A stretch of 64,000 bases of DNA from assembly GCA_951406725.2 (NCBI GenBank), contig OX597827.1:25296001-25360000 (forward strand). The letters are read 5' to 3'. This document shows positions 26,691-41,110 of this stretch, in pieces. Below the pieces are notes generated by a model. It had not been told where the DNA came from and searched no databases. It saw only the letters and a program-made list of their open reading frames with translations. Origin of the DNA: Octopus vulgaris. Taxonomy: Eukaryota. The position numbers were made by a program, and so were the translations under genes. The stretch's first letter is position 1; each line of letters opens with the position of its first letter.

Positions 26691-28709
26691 TGGTAGGCAG
26701 ATTTTCCCGATTGAAAACTGCGTGGCTCATGGCTTTGGGCAATAGTGTAGTAATGGCGACTTAAGTACGTGTGTGTGTGTGTATGTGATTATGTGTGTTT
26801 GTGTGTTTGCGTGTGTGTGGTTATGTGTGTATGTGTACGTGAGAGTGTGTGCTCGCAGATGATCGCAGGTGTGTGCATATGTGTGTGTGCGCAAATGAGT
26901 GTGTGTGTGTGTATGTGTGCGCGCGCAGATGAGTGTGTGTGTGTATGTGTGTGCGCGCGCGCTGATGAGCGTGTGTGTGTATATGTATGTGCGTGCAGAT
27001 GAGTGTGTGTGTGTGCGCGCGGATAAGCGTATGTGTATGTGTGTGTACGCGCAGATGAGTGCGTACAGATAAGTATGTGTGCGTGTGATCCCATGCATGT
27101 GTCCATCACGGGAGAAAGAATCCCACATGTATGGCGAATGGTATTAGTCGTTTGTCTTGGTGTTTATGACTTGGAGTAGTCGAGGTTTCGGCTCTAGTAT
27201 AAATGGTGGTGGTGGTTTGGGGCGCGGGGAGTGGGGTTTACTGGTTGAAAAATGGTCAAATTAGTTCAGCTGACAGCATGTGGTGACAACGTGCGTGATG
27301 TTGTGACTGAAGTGAGTGGCGGCGGCGGCGGCGGTGGTGGTGATTGGCGTTTGTGTGCTGGTGGTCATAACAAAGGAAGCAACGACATTAGGGACAGGGT
27401 TGGGCATGGTAGGAGTGGCAGTGGCAGTGTTTGTGGTGGTGGTGGTAGGGGTGATGAAAATAATGGTATTCATTGGAGAGGCGGGGGCTGTGTCGCTGAC
27501 TTAGAAGCGAACATGACCCATCTGGCTTTACATACATTTCTGTGTTCTATGGTTGTCTATTGGTGCGAAGTTTGACATGCAACGACTGTTGTTGATGTTG
27601 TTGTTGCTGCTGTTTAAACTTTTATCAGTCCTGATCACGAAGGCCCGTGTTCAAATACTATTCAATCCCGAGTATCTTACCTTTAATTCAAGAATATGTT
27701 TGCCTCAAATTTTGGCACGTATCATCGGCGCAGACATGAATTTGTGGTTATGAAGTTCGCTTCTCAAAGACAGAGGCCAAAATTCGATTCCTTGGCGAGA
27801 CAAGTGTCTTCTACTGTATCGGCAAGTCGATTGCATCGCCCCTAGTGCACACCTGGTACTTATCTTATCAACCGCGATGGTATGAAAGGCAAAGTCGACC
27901 GCGGCGAAATTCGAACAAAATGTTGCAAACCATTCTGTCAGTTCGCTTGTACTTGTTATCATAGATATGTCCTGTTTTTAAGATACTGATGTTTATTTTG
28001 AGGGCTGATTGGTAGATATTTTTAGCAAATTTCTCTTGGAATTTATTATCAGATGTATCCTTGTTTGAGGGAGCTGATTAGAATATAGTACAGTGGAAAC
28101 CAAAACTGGAGATCTCGGTTCTATCTCCTCATAAAGCAGGATGTAGGAGCCACAGCAATTTGGAATCGTGTGAGGGAGAAAAAAGTTACAACAAATAAAG
28201 ATGAACAACATGTTCAAGGTTGAGGAAAGAGAAGAACAATGGAAGAACTAAGAGTAAAAACAGGAAACAAATGAAAACATGACGTTGTTTGAGACTACAA
28301 GAGTATTTGTGGAATCAATCTCACACTTCGGGTAGAGCAGCAAATGGTACTCCGCCGGTTACGACGACGAGTGTTCCAGTTGAGCCGATCAAAAAAACAA
28401 GAAGCCAAAAAACAAAAACAAAAGAAAACGAAGCCAATACGTGGAATTAACATGCAAGTGGTTGAGCACATTACAAACACGTGTACCCCTAACATAGTTC
28501 TCAAGGAGATTCAGTGACGCATTGAGTTACAGGTCCGACTCATTTTTCCCAGCTGAGTGAACGTGAAATAAAGTCTTACTCAAAGACACAGTACCCTGTC
28601 GAACTGATAACTTGCGATCGTCAGCTGAATACGTTAACCACTAAGCCAGCCGCCTTCACAAAGTTGTAAGAACAATTGAGAAAAAGGAAAGGAGGGAAGA
28701 GGGAGGAAG

Positions 28710-28921
28710 GGAGCGCTGGCAGAAACGTTAGCACGCCAGACGAAAATCTTGGCGGTATAAAGTTTATCTTTAAGTTCTGAGTTCATATTCAGCCGAAGTC
28801 GACTTTACTTTTCATCCTTTCAGGGTCGATAAATCAAATACCAGTTGCATACTGGAGTCGGTCTAATCGACTAGCCCCCTTCCCCCTAAATTTCGGTCCT
28901 TGTACCTAGAGTAGAAAAGAA
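28710..28921 (+). mobile_element. SINE family A, alternative tail
   Basis: gctggcagaaacgttagcacgcc...ccttgtacctagagtagaaaaga. Confidence 0.85.
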
Positions 28922-29379
28922 CACTATAGAAGAAGGAACATTTCTACATCATTGATGAGGAAGCTGAAATTCCTGTACCGAAAATACATTTCCAGATTTG
29001 TTACCTTTTATATTAGAATATGTTATGTACCCACCCGTAAAGTCGAAATCATGGCTGGATTTTTTTTGAGAAAGAACGCATCCCGTAATTCTTTCTCCTA
29101 TAGGTGCAAGGCCTGAAACTTTGTGGGGAAGGGCCAGTTGATTGCATCAAACCTAATGCTCAAATAGTGCTTATTGTATCGACCGCGAAAAAAATAAAAG
29201 GCAAAGTTGACCTCGGTGACATTTGAACTCAGAACCTCAAGAGCCAGAAAAAATGCTGCTAAAAAAACGTATTGTACCCTACGCACTAACGATTCTCCCT
29301 GCTCGTCGCCTTAATTCACATAATAAATATTTATATCGAGTACAAAAAGTAGCAGAAACTTTATTTCAAAGATGAGGCT

Positions 29380-29750
29380 GTGAGGCTGGCGATACCATTA
29401 ACACACCGGACGAAAGACTTAGAGTTGAAATTCCGGCGAGGTCGACTTTGCCTTTCGTCCTTTCGAAGTCTATAAAATAAGTACCGGTTATGCACTGGGG
29501 TCGATGTAATCGACTTAATCCGTTTGTCTGTCCTTGTTTGTCCACTCTATGTTTAGCCCCTTGTGGGTAATAAAGAAACAGATACTGTTAACACACCGGA
29601 CGAAAGCCTTAAAGTTCAAATTCCGCCGCGGTCGACTTCACCTTCTTCCTTTCGGAGTCGATAAAACAAGCACCAGTTATGCACTGGGGTCGATGTAATT
29701 GACTAAGCCCCTCCCTACAAATTTCGGGCCTTGTACGCAGAGTAGGAAAT
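29380..29750 (+). mobile_element. SINE family A dimer (Tx1-like tail, then alternative tail)
   Basis: Two bodies; tails tagccccttgtgggtaataaagaaac and ggccttgtacgcagagtagg. Confidence 0.85.
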
Positions 29751-29921
29751 AATTTCATTTCAAAGATAAAAAACAGGATGAAAAGTATGATGAAAAGAAT
29801 TACGCGGGGAACCTGTCAATGTAAGGACTTAAGCTTCAATAAGCAACAGAAAAACCGACACATAAATATTTGCATACATAGAAATGTTTATATATAAGTC
29901 TATACATAGCTCTACATTGTT

Positions 29922-30187
29922 GTTTGTTCCTTCTCGAGCCACGCCTGGCTCATAAGGGCCGGTTTCCCTGGCGTATAGGTTCCCCACCTGGACAGGACGC
30001 CGGTCCGTCGCAGGTGAGCTGCAAGATGCAGGAGGAAGGAGTGAGAGAAAGTTGTGGCGAAAGAGTCGGCAGAAGTTCGCCTTTACCTTCTGCCAGAGCC
30101 GCATGGAACTTAGGTGTTTCGCTCATAAACACACACATCGCCTGGTCTGAGATTCGAATCCGCGATCCCTCGACCGCGAGTCCGCTA
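29922..30187 (-). mobile_element. tRNA-derived SINE family C with V-domain-like segment
   Basis: Minus strand: tagcggactcgcggtcgagggatcgcggattcgaatc...cctgcgacggaccggcgtcctgtccagg; the latter resembles the V-SINE core as I recall it. Confidence 0.75.
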
Positions 30188-30243
30188 TGTGCCTCCACAC
30201 ATAGCTCTACATACGTACATGCAAATGTATGCAAGTACACAAT

Positions 30244-30388
30244 TATGTATGTATGTATGTATGTATGTATGTATGTATGTATGTATGTATGTATGTATGT
30301 ATGTATGTATGTATGTATGTATGTATGTATGTATGTATGTATGTATGTATGTATGTATGTATGTATGTATGTACGTATGTATGTATGT
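30244..30388. repeat. (TATG)n microsatellite
   Basis: Direct inspection. Confidence 0.97.
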
Positions 30389-32987
30389 GTGGTCCTCAAT
30401 GTATGAAATATATAAAACAAATGCAACTTCATTCATGTAATCCTTACATTGTATTAGCGGTATTCGATGATTACAATAATAATGGTCAGTGTTAGATCAG
30501 TTTGAGCATTTTCGTTATATACATCCACAGCTTGCACTTTTAACATAACAGAAAATAAAGTAACTTTTCTGTACAACGAGAACAAAAGATATATCTAGTC
30601 TTTACAAATCAGATCTGGTTTATTCTGGAATAATTCTCTGATCAATGCAGACTGAAAGTTAATAAATAAGTATCAAACAGCCAAACCTTTTTGCAAAATA
30701 ATAAATAAAAATACAAGTAAAACGGCTACGTTTTCTGAATCCTGTCATTTCTCCGGGCAACAGGGAATCATAATTATACGGTGGTAATACTTGTGATTAG
30801 TGTAACAAACAATACAATAAATAGTATTGTATAAAAGTATTAAAAAAATGGTGGAGACGTTACACAGAAGGCAATTCTAAATGTGATATCTTAATATTGC
30901 TATCATTAAATATTTCCTTAAAACAATAGCGTATAATATTATAATAATAAAACTGGGATAAAGAGAAAGGAAGAGGGACAGAGGGGAAAAGAGAAAGAGG
31001 AGAACAGACAATGAAAATAGACTAGATAACTACATTGAATTTGCAGAAAGCTTCTGTTACGGCTTCGTATTAGGGCGATCGGAAGGCAGACTATAGTGTG
31101 AATGAGACTAATGCTTTGTGAGATGAAGTACATAATTATGGTTTATGTTGTAGAAGGAGTATTTAACTTCTTTCTCCCTTTGTATGGAGACACAATAGGC
31201 CCTAAAGAAACTGTGAATTAGAACTGGGAAGGAAGCGATATTGAAGGGAATCTAATGTTATGATGAAAACACGACAGAGATAGACTTAGAGACAAAGAGT
31301 GGGTGAATGTGTGAGAGAGGGAGAAAGAGAGGGAAAGAAAGAGAGAGAGAGAGAGAGTGAGAGAGGAGAGAGAGTGAGGTCGTTTGTTGACTTGTCTTAC
31401 ACACATATCGGCGCAGGCATGAATGTGTGGTTATGAACTTCGCTTCTCAAACAAAAGGGCCCAAGTTCGATTTCATGGTGAGACAATTTGGACAAGTGTC
31501 TTCTACTATGTTGGCTAATACTAGATGGGTGAGGCTTAATTAGCGGAAAACTAGGCAGCAGTTCGTCCCACAAACATACATATACAGGTACATGTATTGA
31601 TAGCACGTCTATCCAATTTAGCGACGGCCGAGAAACTGCTAATACAAAGAAGGAAAGAACCAAGAAAGAAAAGGCGAAGAAAACAGATGTCTCAAGTTCG
31701 TTCATTGAGGATTAGCTCTTTAGCGTTCAGATTATTCTGTCAAATTTGATGCTTATTTATTTGCATTATTTAAATTTAATCGTTAATTTATTATCTCACC
31801 ACTTCGTAACTTCAACGATACGATTATTTATTTTAGAATGACATTGCAGGGTAAATATGAAAGGTCAAATCTGGCCAGTTTGACGATAAAAGAGATAGAA
31901 TATTTAGGTTGGCTATGACCGGTTTGAATGCTAAACGGTCAAGGAAGATAATGACTTCAAACATGCAGCCCTGCAACAGGGGCCGCCTCCCATAGAGGAT
32001 CAGAACATCACAACTGCTTCCGCCTATACTGCACTTACTGTGTGGATGTAGGTACGAACTGGGTGTGTTTCATTGTCATATACGTGCAATACCACAAATG
32101 TCAGAAGGAAAGGTCAGCTGTCTTTGACTCTAAGAAGTTTCAGCTTACAGCCATGACAGACTTGGCATCACTTCAACAGATGGTGCAGTCTAAAACACTT
32201 TCTGTGCACCTGAAACTACGGAAATGGTAATAATACATTGCTGCAAATGTGCAGCAACCACAACAGATGCCCCAACCACCACAGAGTTGGCTTTTAGAAG
32301 AAGGTTTTTAGCGCACCTCTCACTCGCAGAATCAGATACGAGACTAGCACATTCTTTTTTAGAGAGAAAGAGCTAAGTGTTCATCGGACTCTAACGTTCT
32401 TCCACAATATTTTTCAGTGGTGAGATGAAGTCAAGAAGTCTAAACTTTTATGCAAATGCAGAACACAGAAAAAGGAACTCAGTCAATCGCCAGACCTCGC
32501 CGTGCCATCTGTCATAGTGTGTGTTCAGGATATAGAATATTATCTCAGGTATTTGTGCATCATGGTCTCTAATCCAGCATGATGATATGTTGCCTCCTAC
32601 GCTAGTTGCCGCCATTGGTCTGTTATCGCCAACTTTAAAACTGTGAAAGTGAAGGTCATATGTTGCTTCCATATGTTGCTTCTTTTGAATACATAAAAGG
32701 TAGCTCTGACTATGCATACACATATCTAATGTGCATATGGATACATAACTGGATGGACACTGACTCTCTGAGTTTCACTTTCATTTGACAAGTCCAGTTT
32801 TTCATCCTGCAGGGTGTTTAGTATCAACTATTTTGCCGAGCAAGCTTGGAATTGGGGCTGCCAATTTAATTGCACACCATTCGACCACACAACAAGCTAT
32901 ACTGAGCTCCATATTCCTAGTAGCGTTCTCGAGTGATTCAAAATACAAACATACATGCATATTTAAAAATGTACGTATTGAAGAATA

Positions 32988-33356
32988 GAGGCGCAATGGC
33001 CCAGTGGTTAAGGTAGCGGACTCGCGGTCGTAGGATCGCAGTTTCTATTCCCAGACCAGGTTTTGTGAGTATTTATTGAGCGAAAACATATGAAGCTCCG
33101 GCAGGAGGTGGTGGCGAACCCTTCTGTATTCTTTCACTACAACTTTCTCTCACTCTTTCTTTCTGCTTCTGTTGTACCTGTATTTCAAAGGGCCAGCCTT
33201 GTCACACTCTGTGTTACGCTGAATCTCCCCGAGAACTACGTTAAGAGTACACGTGTCTGTAGAGTGCTCAGCCACTTGCACGTTAATTTCACGAGCAGGC
33301 TGTTCCGTTGATCGGATCAAATGGAACCCTCGTCGTCGTAACCGACGGAGTGCCAC
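32988..33356 (+). mobile_element. tRNA-derived SINE family D (head shared with family C)
   Basis: A-box-like tggcccagtgg head; the 3' half matches 62000-62170 and, reversed, 28330-28520. Confidence 0.85.
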
Positions 33357-34276
33357 GTATTGAAGAAGCCAGTAACTATTCAGGCAGAGGTAATCACCTT
33401 TACACCATAATATGTGCAGCCACTTAGCTGTAACATTTCTTTTACAACTGCGCAACACAAAATTCTCTCTGACCATCTCGACCAATGAGAATAGTCTAAA
33501 CCGATGACTGGCTATTATAATTTCGCTTCCCAGTTTATTTCATTTCAATCCTATACGAATAAGTGTAAAAGTCAGGAAACAGAATTATTTGATGCCTCCA
33601 TTTCAATATAAAACCTATATGACGCATATAGTATTTGTTCTTTTGTTTTTACAAAGAGAACACAAACATACATGCATACAATCACGCAAACACACACACA
33701 CACAAACATACACACACATACACACACACACACACACTCACACACACACGCGCGTGCGTACATACACATACATGCATGTATGCTTTTTGCTTTGTGTTTT
33801 ATTTCTAAGTTCGTCTTAAGAGCGTTCAAGTCAGTCGCTGACGAAGTGACAAGACTTTTTGAGGGAAGAGAATCCCCGGTGTTTGTAAATATCTGGTTGA
33901 GTTGGAATGTGGGTTCAACTGCCGATGCATTAATCCAAGCGTGAGTGTGCATCTCTTCGTCTAAAGAACCTCAGACAGAAAATCTTTAGAATATCTTACA
34001 GATCTTCACTGTGCAGTTAGTAGATTGTATGTTTGCATGTATGTCATTGTTCAGTTTTATTTTCAAGATTTCTTGCCAATAGAAAAAGAGTCGGTTTCTA
34101 AACTAGATCCAAGGCTCCTTCAATGGAAGTTCAACATCAAAGAACAGTATTTTTGTATGTATGTATATGTGCAGGCTTGTATGTTTTGCTTTATGTATGT
34201 ATTCTCATGCATATTGTGTATGTATGTATAACGTATGTTTGTTTGTATGTATGTATATATGTATGTATACCCTTTT

Positions 34277-34440
34277 ACTCTTTTACTTGTTTCAGTCATG
34301 TGATTGTGGCCATGCTGGAGCACCGCCTTTAGTCGAGCAAATCGACCCCAGGACTTATTCTTCGTAAGCCAGGTACTTATTCTATCGGCCTCTTTTGCGG
34401 AACCGCTAAGTTACGGGGACAAATACACACACACACACAC

Positions 34441-34521
<81 letters not shown>

Positions 34522-34694
34522 CATACATACGACGGGCTTCTTTCAGTTTCCGTCTACCAAATCCACTCACAATGCTTTGGTCGGCCCAAGGCTATAGTAG
34601 AAGACACTTGCCCAAGGTGCCACGCAGTGGGACTGAATCCAGAACCATGTGGCTGGTTAGCAAGCTACTTACCACACAGCCACTCCTACGCCTA
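34277..34694 (-). mobile_element. SINE family B, near full length
   Basis: Minus strand: ggcgtaggagtggctgtgtggtaagtagc...gtggcaccttgggcaagt (CORE-like)...internal TA/TG...catggccacaatcacatgactgaaacaagtaaaagag. Confidence 0.92.
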
Positions 34695-34970
34695 TTAAAG
34701 GTAAAGTCGACCTCGGTGGAATTTGAACTCAGAAGACAGACGAAACACCGGTAAGCATTTCGCCCGGTGTGCTAACGATTCTGCCAGCTTGTCAAGTTCT
34801 GTATGTATATAAACAATTTATATGGTTCTAACAAAAGGTGAGTTTCACGAATTCAAAATTACCTGGTCGATTATAGATGAAGTGGGGCTACAAAAGAGCA
34901 GCAGTTACAAATCAAAATGCAGTGTGACCTTTGGAAGTAAAATTAAAAATTTTGTTGTACGGAAGTAACG

Positions 34971-35070
34971 NNNNNNNNNNNNNNNNNNNNNNNNNNNNNN
35001 NNNNNNNNNNNNNNNNNNNNNNNNNNNNNNNNNNNNNNNNNNNNNNNNNNNNNNNNNNNNNNNNNNNNNN
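34971..35070. other. Assembly gap (100 N)
   Basis: Run of n. Confidence 1.
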
Positions 35071-36078
35071 TAACGATTTAAACAACAGAACTAAACTGTT
35101 AGTATATTGTATGCACGGAAGTAAGTATATTTCATTTAAGTATCAGCTGCTTTGTCTTTTGACTTAGTTCAGAGAGAAAAAAAATTGGGGATTGGAAGCG
35201 TTTAAAAAATTCCTTGAATATATTGCTTAAAAAACAATTTCCCGAGAGCACTCTTCTGAGCGTGACCTGTCTACTATGAAGTTTAAAAGCCAAATGCAAG
35301 GATACGTTGAAAAATAAAAATGTTTGGAGTATCCCACGAGAGCCAGAAAAGAACATAAATAATTTACTGACTGACCGTCCTCCTCGTATTTTTGTCAATC
35401 CAGTTTCACTAATAAAACACACTTCGACACGAGTATACAGTAGATGATACTTTTTGGAGATACGGCGCAACGAGATCAGACCTGTTACTACTTGACTGCG
35501 AAGTGAACGTCTTAACTACATGTCATATGTAGTATTTTTAGACATTACTTGATAACCTAAACTAGAATGGGCAAGTCATTCCTTATGCTATCAACACACC
35601 GACATCGATATTATTGATAAAAAACAAATTTATTTCCCTATGTTTTTACATAAACAAACTTAAAATGGGATAAAATTTTTCTAAATTTCTCAGCTCACTT
35701 GGTAATTGTTAACTGTAGCTAAAAAGATTGTATCCACTAAACAAATTAAACACAATAAACAGGGGTCACAACGACACTATTTGCAACATCAGTCACAACG
35801 AGGCTTTTCATAAAACCATTCATTAGAAAATAAGGAATAAAGAAAGAAATAGAAAAGAAACTTTGATAATGAAGGAAGGTCATTTGAAATCTCAGACAAA
35901 TCACCAGAATGAAGTCTTTCTCCTTGTCTAAAACATTACCAAACAGACATACACACACTCCAGGACATATATACATACATACACACATACACATACCCAT
36001 ACATATATATTATGTATAAGTTTGAGATTTTCTGTCTTGTACGTATTTACGCAGTGTGTGTGTATATGTGTGTGCGTG

Positions 36079-36143
<65 letters not shown>

Positions 36144-37219
36144 GCATTTGTATATATGTATGTGTAATCATATATATAATTATACATATATGTAGATATA
36201 TGTACATATATACATGTATGTATGTATGTATGTATGTATGTATGTATGTATGTATGTATGTATGTATGTATGTATGTATGTATGTATGCGTGTGTATGTG
36301 TGTGTGTGTGTGTGTGTATGTATATGGAATGCATATGTATATATTTTTGAAACGTGCGTGTGTGAAATGCAAATGTATTTGTGAATCTATGCGGAATGAT
36401 TGGATGGTTTTGTGTTACGAAGTAATTTTTTTACAAACCAAACGCTACAAAAACAACACCAGCAACGAGAAGAACAAGAAAAAGTTGGAGGAAATGATTT
36501 ATCTAACCGACTCAAAAGCATTTATGTTGCTTTTGAGTTTGTTTTTTGTTTTTGGTTTTTATTGTTCTGTTTTTGTTATTAGATTAATGTAAATGTCTTA
36601 TGGTTTATTCTTTTGGTGAAATACGAGAATTAAAGAATGGTTCCATCGACGTTTCTTATTAATCAGAAATAGTCCTATGTTTGCCTGCTGAAAAAAACAG
36701 TTATTCAACCCCAGAAATATTTACTCAACGAGTATTTATTGATAAGAAAATAGAAAAAAATAATAAAATAGAATCATAAAAGAATGATACATTTTGTAAA
36801 TAAACGTCATTAAAAGCCATAAATATCTGTCTTGGACAAGATTTCGTTGTCTTACTCAAAGTTTCTTAATAAACCAAATACACAACAATTTAAATGCCGT
36901 AAAAAATACGTACTCTTGAAGATATTTTGGTTTATGCTTTTTGTAAAAGAGGACTAAAATCATTTTAACACTTAGTGGTGATCTAAGCTTTGCGGGGTTG
37001 TCGGCTGGCAGGTTTGACGTTGGTAAAACATCACAAACTTTGGATTTTTTAAATCACAAAATATGTCGCCCATAAATAATTGCTCGGGATGGCAACTCTA
37101 ACAATATTTGGGAATAACTGTTACGTAATATATTCGCATGCGCAGTAGACGATTGCAGTCTTCGTCTCCAGAATAGTTTCGAAGTGTCATCACATTAGAT
37201 GTATATTTCTACCCTATCT

Positions 37220-37447
37220 TTCTACCCTTGTTTGTCCTCTCTGTGTAGCCCCTTGTGGGTAGTAAAGAAATAGGTATTTCGTCTGCTGCTACGTTCTGAG
37301 TTCAAATTCCGCCGAGGTCGACTTTGCCTTTCATCCTTTGTGGGTCGATTAAGTACCAGTTACGCACTGGAGTCGTTATAATCGAATTAATCGGTTTGTC
37401 TGTTCTTGTTTGTCCCCTCTGTATGTAGCCCCTTGTGGGCAATAAAG
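37220..37447 (+). mobile_element. SINE family A (partial dimer) with Tx1-like tails
   Basis: Ends tgtagccccttgtgggcaataaag. Confidence 0.88.
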
Positions 37448-38128
37448 TAAAGAAAAAAGTTTTTAAAAAAAAGTTCTGGACGTGTGCAAAGCGATCATTT
37501 TGCTAGAACTTTTCTTCAACTTTATCAATGCACCAATATAGAGTTTGGTGGTTCCAAACTACTCGAAAGAGCATGAAGCTTCATCGGTGATACTCTGTCT
37601 TCTCCAGTCTTCTACAATTAATCGTAAACCAGTTGTTGCAACATGAACAAATTAATTTAATAAAGCAGATAAGATGGTCTTGAACATATTCAAGAAATCA
37701 CCATGTTATATTTTGATAAAGGAGACATAGCCGGTTCTTCGCCTCTGTTTTGACATCAAGGGGCAGCCAGCTGCTTCGTCATTGGATTAAGCCGTTGGAC
37801 CAGCTACGGAGGTGCCATAGATTTGCTTGATCAGAGTGGACCTTCAGCAAGAAAACAACAAGAAAAAAAACCATCAAGGAAACACCGATAGCGATCACGT
37901 ATCATACAATCAGTTGAAATATAGATAAATGATCAGGTATTTGACATTGTAAGAGAATCTAAAAATGGATTTTGGTGAAAGAGGGAAGAGATACGAGCGG
38001 AATAAAGACGTAACGAATAGATCGATTATTTGCACGTAAAAGCAGAAACACTCAAACATTGTCACAAGACACAAAAACGTATTTCACTAACACAAACAAC
38101 GGCTTTGTTTGTTTCTTTCTTTCTCACT

Positions 38129-38192
<64 letters not shown>

Positions 38193-38230
38193 TACATATA
38201 TATATATGTATGTATGTATATATATGTATG

Positions 38231-38293
<63 letters not shown>

Positions 38294-38929
38294 GTATATG
38301 CGTGTGCATGTTTGTGTATGTATGTATTATGTATCTAGATATGCATGTATGTATATATATATATGTATATATATATATGTGTTTGTGTGTGTGTGTGTAT
38401 ATATATGTATCTATGTATGCATGGCTGCGTGGTTGCATGGTAAGAAGATTGCTTCCCAACCACATGGCTCCGGGTTCAGTCCCACTGCGTGGCTCCCTGG
38501 GCAAGTGTCTTCTGATATAGCCTCATTGTTAAACTGTCGTATGTCAAAATTTAGCCTGATGCGTTTTTTTAATATTTATTTTTGCTTGCAAAAGCGGGTT
38601 CTTTTGGTCAAACTATCGTATCTCCAGCTGCTTCAGATACCAAGATATCAAACATTGTGAAAGTGTAGTACAACGGTTTTGCTATGGAATGGTGAAACTA
38701 TTTTTTCTCATTTTTCTGAAAAAACAACGTTTTGGACTTACAACACTTTTGCATAATAGCAACGATATGGTTTGTTTCAAAGATATATTTAAATCTATCT
38801 ACTTTTCGCACTCTATAATAATATATATAGACATATAAATGTGTACATATAATACATAAATAAAATATGGATGTGCATACGACTAAACCTTTTTTTTTAA
38901 AGGAACTTCTTCTATATTGATACATATGA

Positions 38930-39265
38930 CAACAGGACATAAAAAAACTTGAAGAAAGTGAGAAACGAGGACATAGAAAACAAAAACATGGAAAAATAAC
39001 TTTTTTTCGAACAGCGAAAGAAACAAACAGAGAAACGAGACAGGCAACTTAAAGAACACTCCCTTTATCAGTTGTCCTCTGTTTTATCTACTCCGCATTT
39101 CAAAAACAGGGGACAACCGATGAAGCGAATGTTCTTTATGTTCCCTGTCTCGTTTCTCTATTTGTTTCTTTAGTTGTCCGAAAAAAAGTTCGTTTTCTAT
39201 GGTTTTGTTTTTTATGTTCTCGTTTTTCATTTTGTTCACGTTTTTTTTTGACGAGCTGTGTCCAC
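38930..39265. repeat. Imperfect inverted repeat centred near 39095
   Basis: aaacaaacagagaaacgagacaggcaac...atcagttgtcctctgtttt pairs with aaaacaggggacaaccgat...gttccctgtctcgtttctctatttgttt. Confidence 0.8.
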
Positions 39266-39286
39266 ATATTCATGTATATGTAAGTA

Positions 39287-39350
<64 letters not shown>

Positions 39351-39521
39351 TATTGTTCATATCATTATATGATCGACCGCCACGCATCCATTTCTAATTA
39401 TATGTATACATATATATCATATATATATATATATCTTAGCCGCTTTCTCGTATACGAGCAAAGTCAAAGCTAGAAAGAATCACTGAAATGAGTCATTGTT
39501 GATCCAATGTGAGGTCCCTGT

Positions 39522-39735
39522 AAGGTGGCAAACTGGCAGAAACTTTAGCACGCTAAACAAAATATTTAGCGGTATTTTGTCTGTCCTTACGTTCTGAGTT
39601 CAAATTCCACCGAGGTCAACTTTGCCGTTCATCCTTTCGAGTCGACAAATTAAGCACCAGTTGCGTACTGGAGTCGATCTAATCGACTGGCCACTCGCCC
39701 AAAATTTTTAGCCTTGTACCTACAGTAGAAAAGAA
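39522..39735 (+). mobile_element. SINE family A, alternative tail
   Basis: Head, body and gccttgtacctacagtagaaaagaat. Confidence 0.85.
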
Positions 39736-40108
39736 TGTGAGGCCCGTGTATGACTCTTGAACTCGGTGAAAGTCATACGTATTCCCTTACATAATGCATA
39801 GCCGTGCTGGCTGGCAGAAGGATGCACTGTTAGAAGCACGTCCACATCAAATAGGATAAGCGTATTTAAATTTGGCATATTTATATTTGGCATATTTGGC
39901 AGTGTTCGGCTAATATGAAGAATGCCATTTGGTGTTAATACAATTTCCGCGCAAATATTCATGTTCAAATAAGTTAAGCAGCTGTATACGTCGTTGACAG
40001 TAAGATTTCCCTGGTATGGAGGGACCGGGAACCTGCCATTGAGGATGCGCATTACATAGAAATTACTAGCAGATCGTGCGCCCTTACCCGATGATATTTG
40101 TCTGCTAA

Positions 40109-40150
<42 letters not shown>

Positions 40151-40195
40151 GAAATATGTTACAAAAAGAAAATAGAAAGTACACGTGGAAATGTA

Positions 40196-40671
<476 letters not shown>

Positions 40672-40749
40672 ATATATATATATATACATATATATACATC
40701 AGTCAGTCTGTCTGTTTTCCTATTAGTCTATCCTCTCTCTCTCTCTCTC

Positions 40750-40795
<46 letters not shown>

Positions 40796-41110
40796 ATATA
40801 TACTTATATACGTATATACATACACAAACATACACTCACACACACACACACACACTCACTATCACACACACACATATAGTTAGCTATGTGATCTTAGCAC
40901 CGTGCGTCTTCATGAGACGGCGCTCGAAGTCATAGAATACGATACCAAGACTGCTATTTTGTATTAATACTTTCGTCTCCAATATACATATACTTACATA
41001 CATACATAGATACATATATACATGCATACATATATGCACACATACATATACACATACATACATATATACAAATATACATACATGTAAATGTGTATATATA
41101 TATATATATA

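Noticed and set aside
32988-33065. tRNA gene
   Set aside because: tRNA-like head continues into a repeated SINE body and has a damaged T-arm; the same applies to the other SINE heads.
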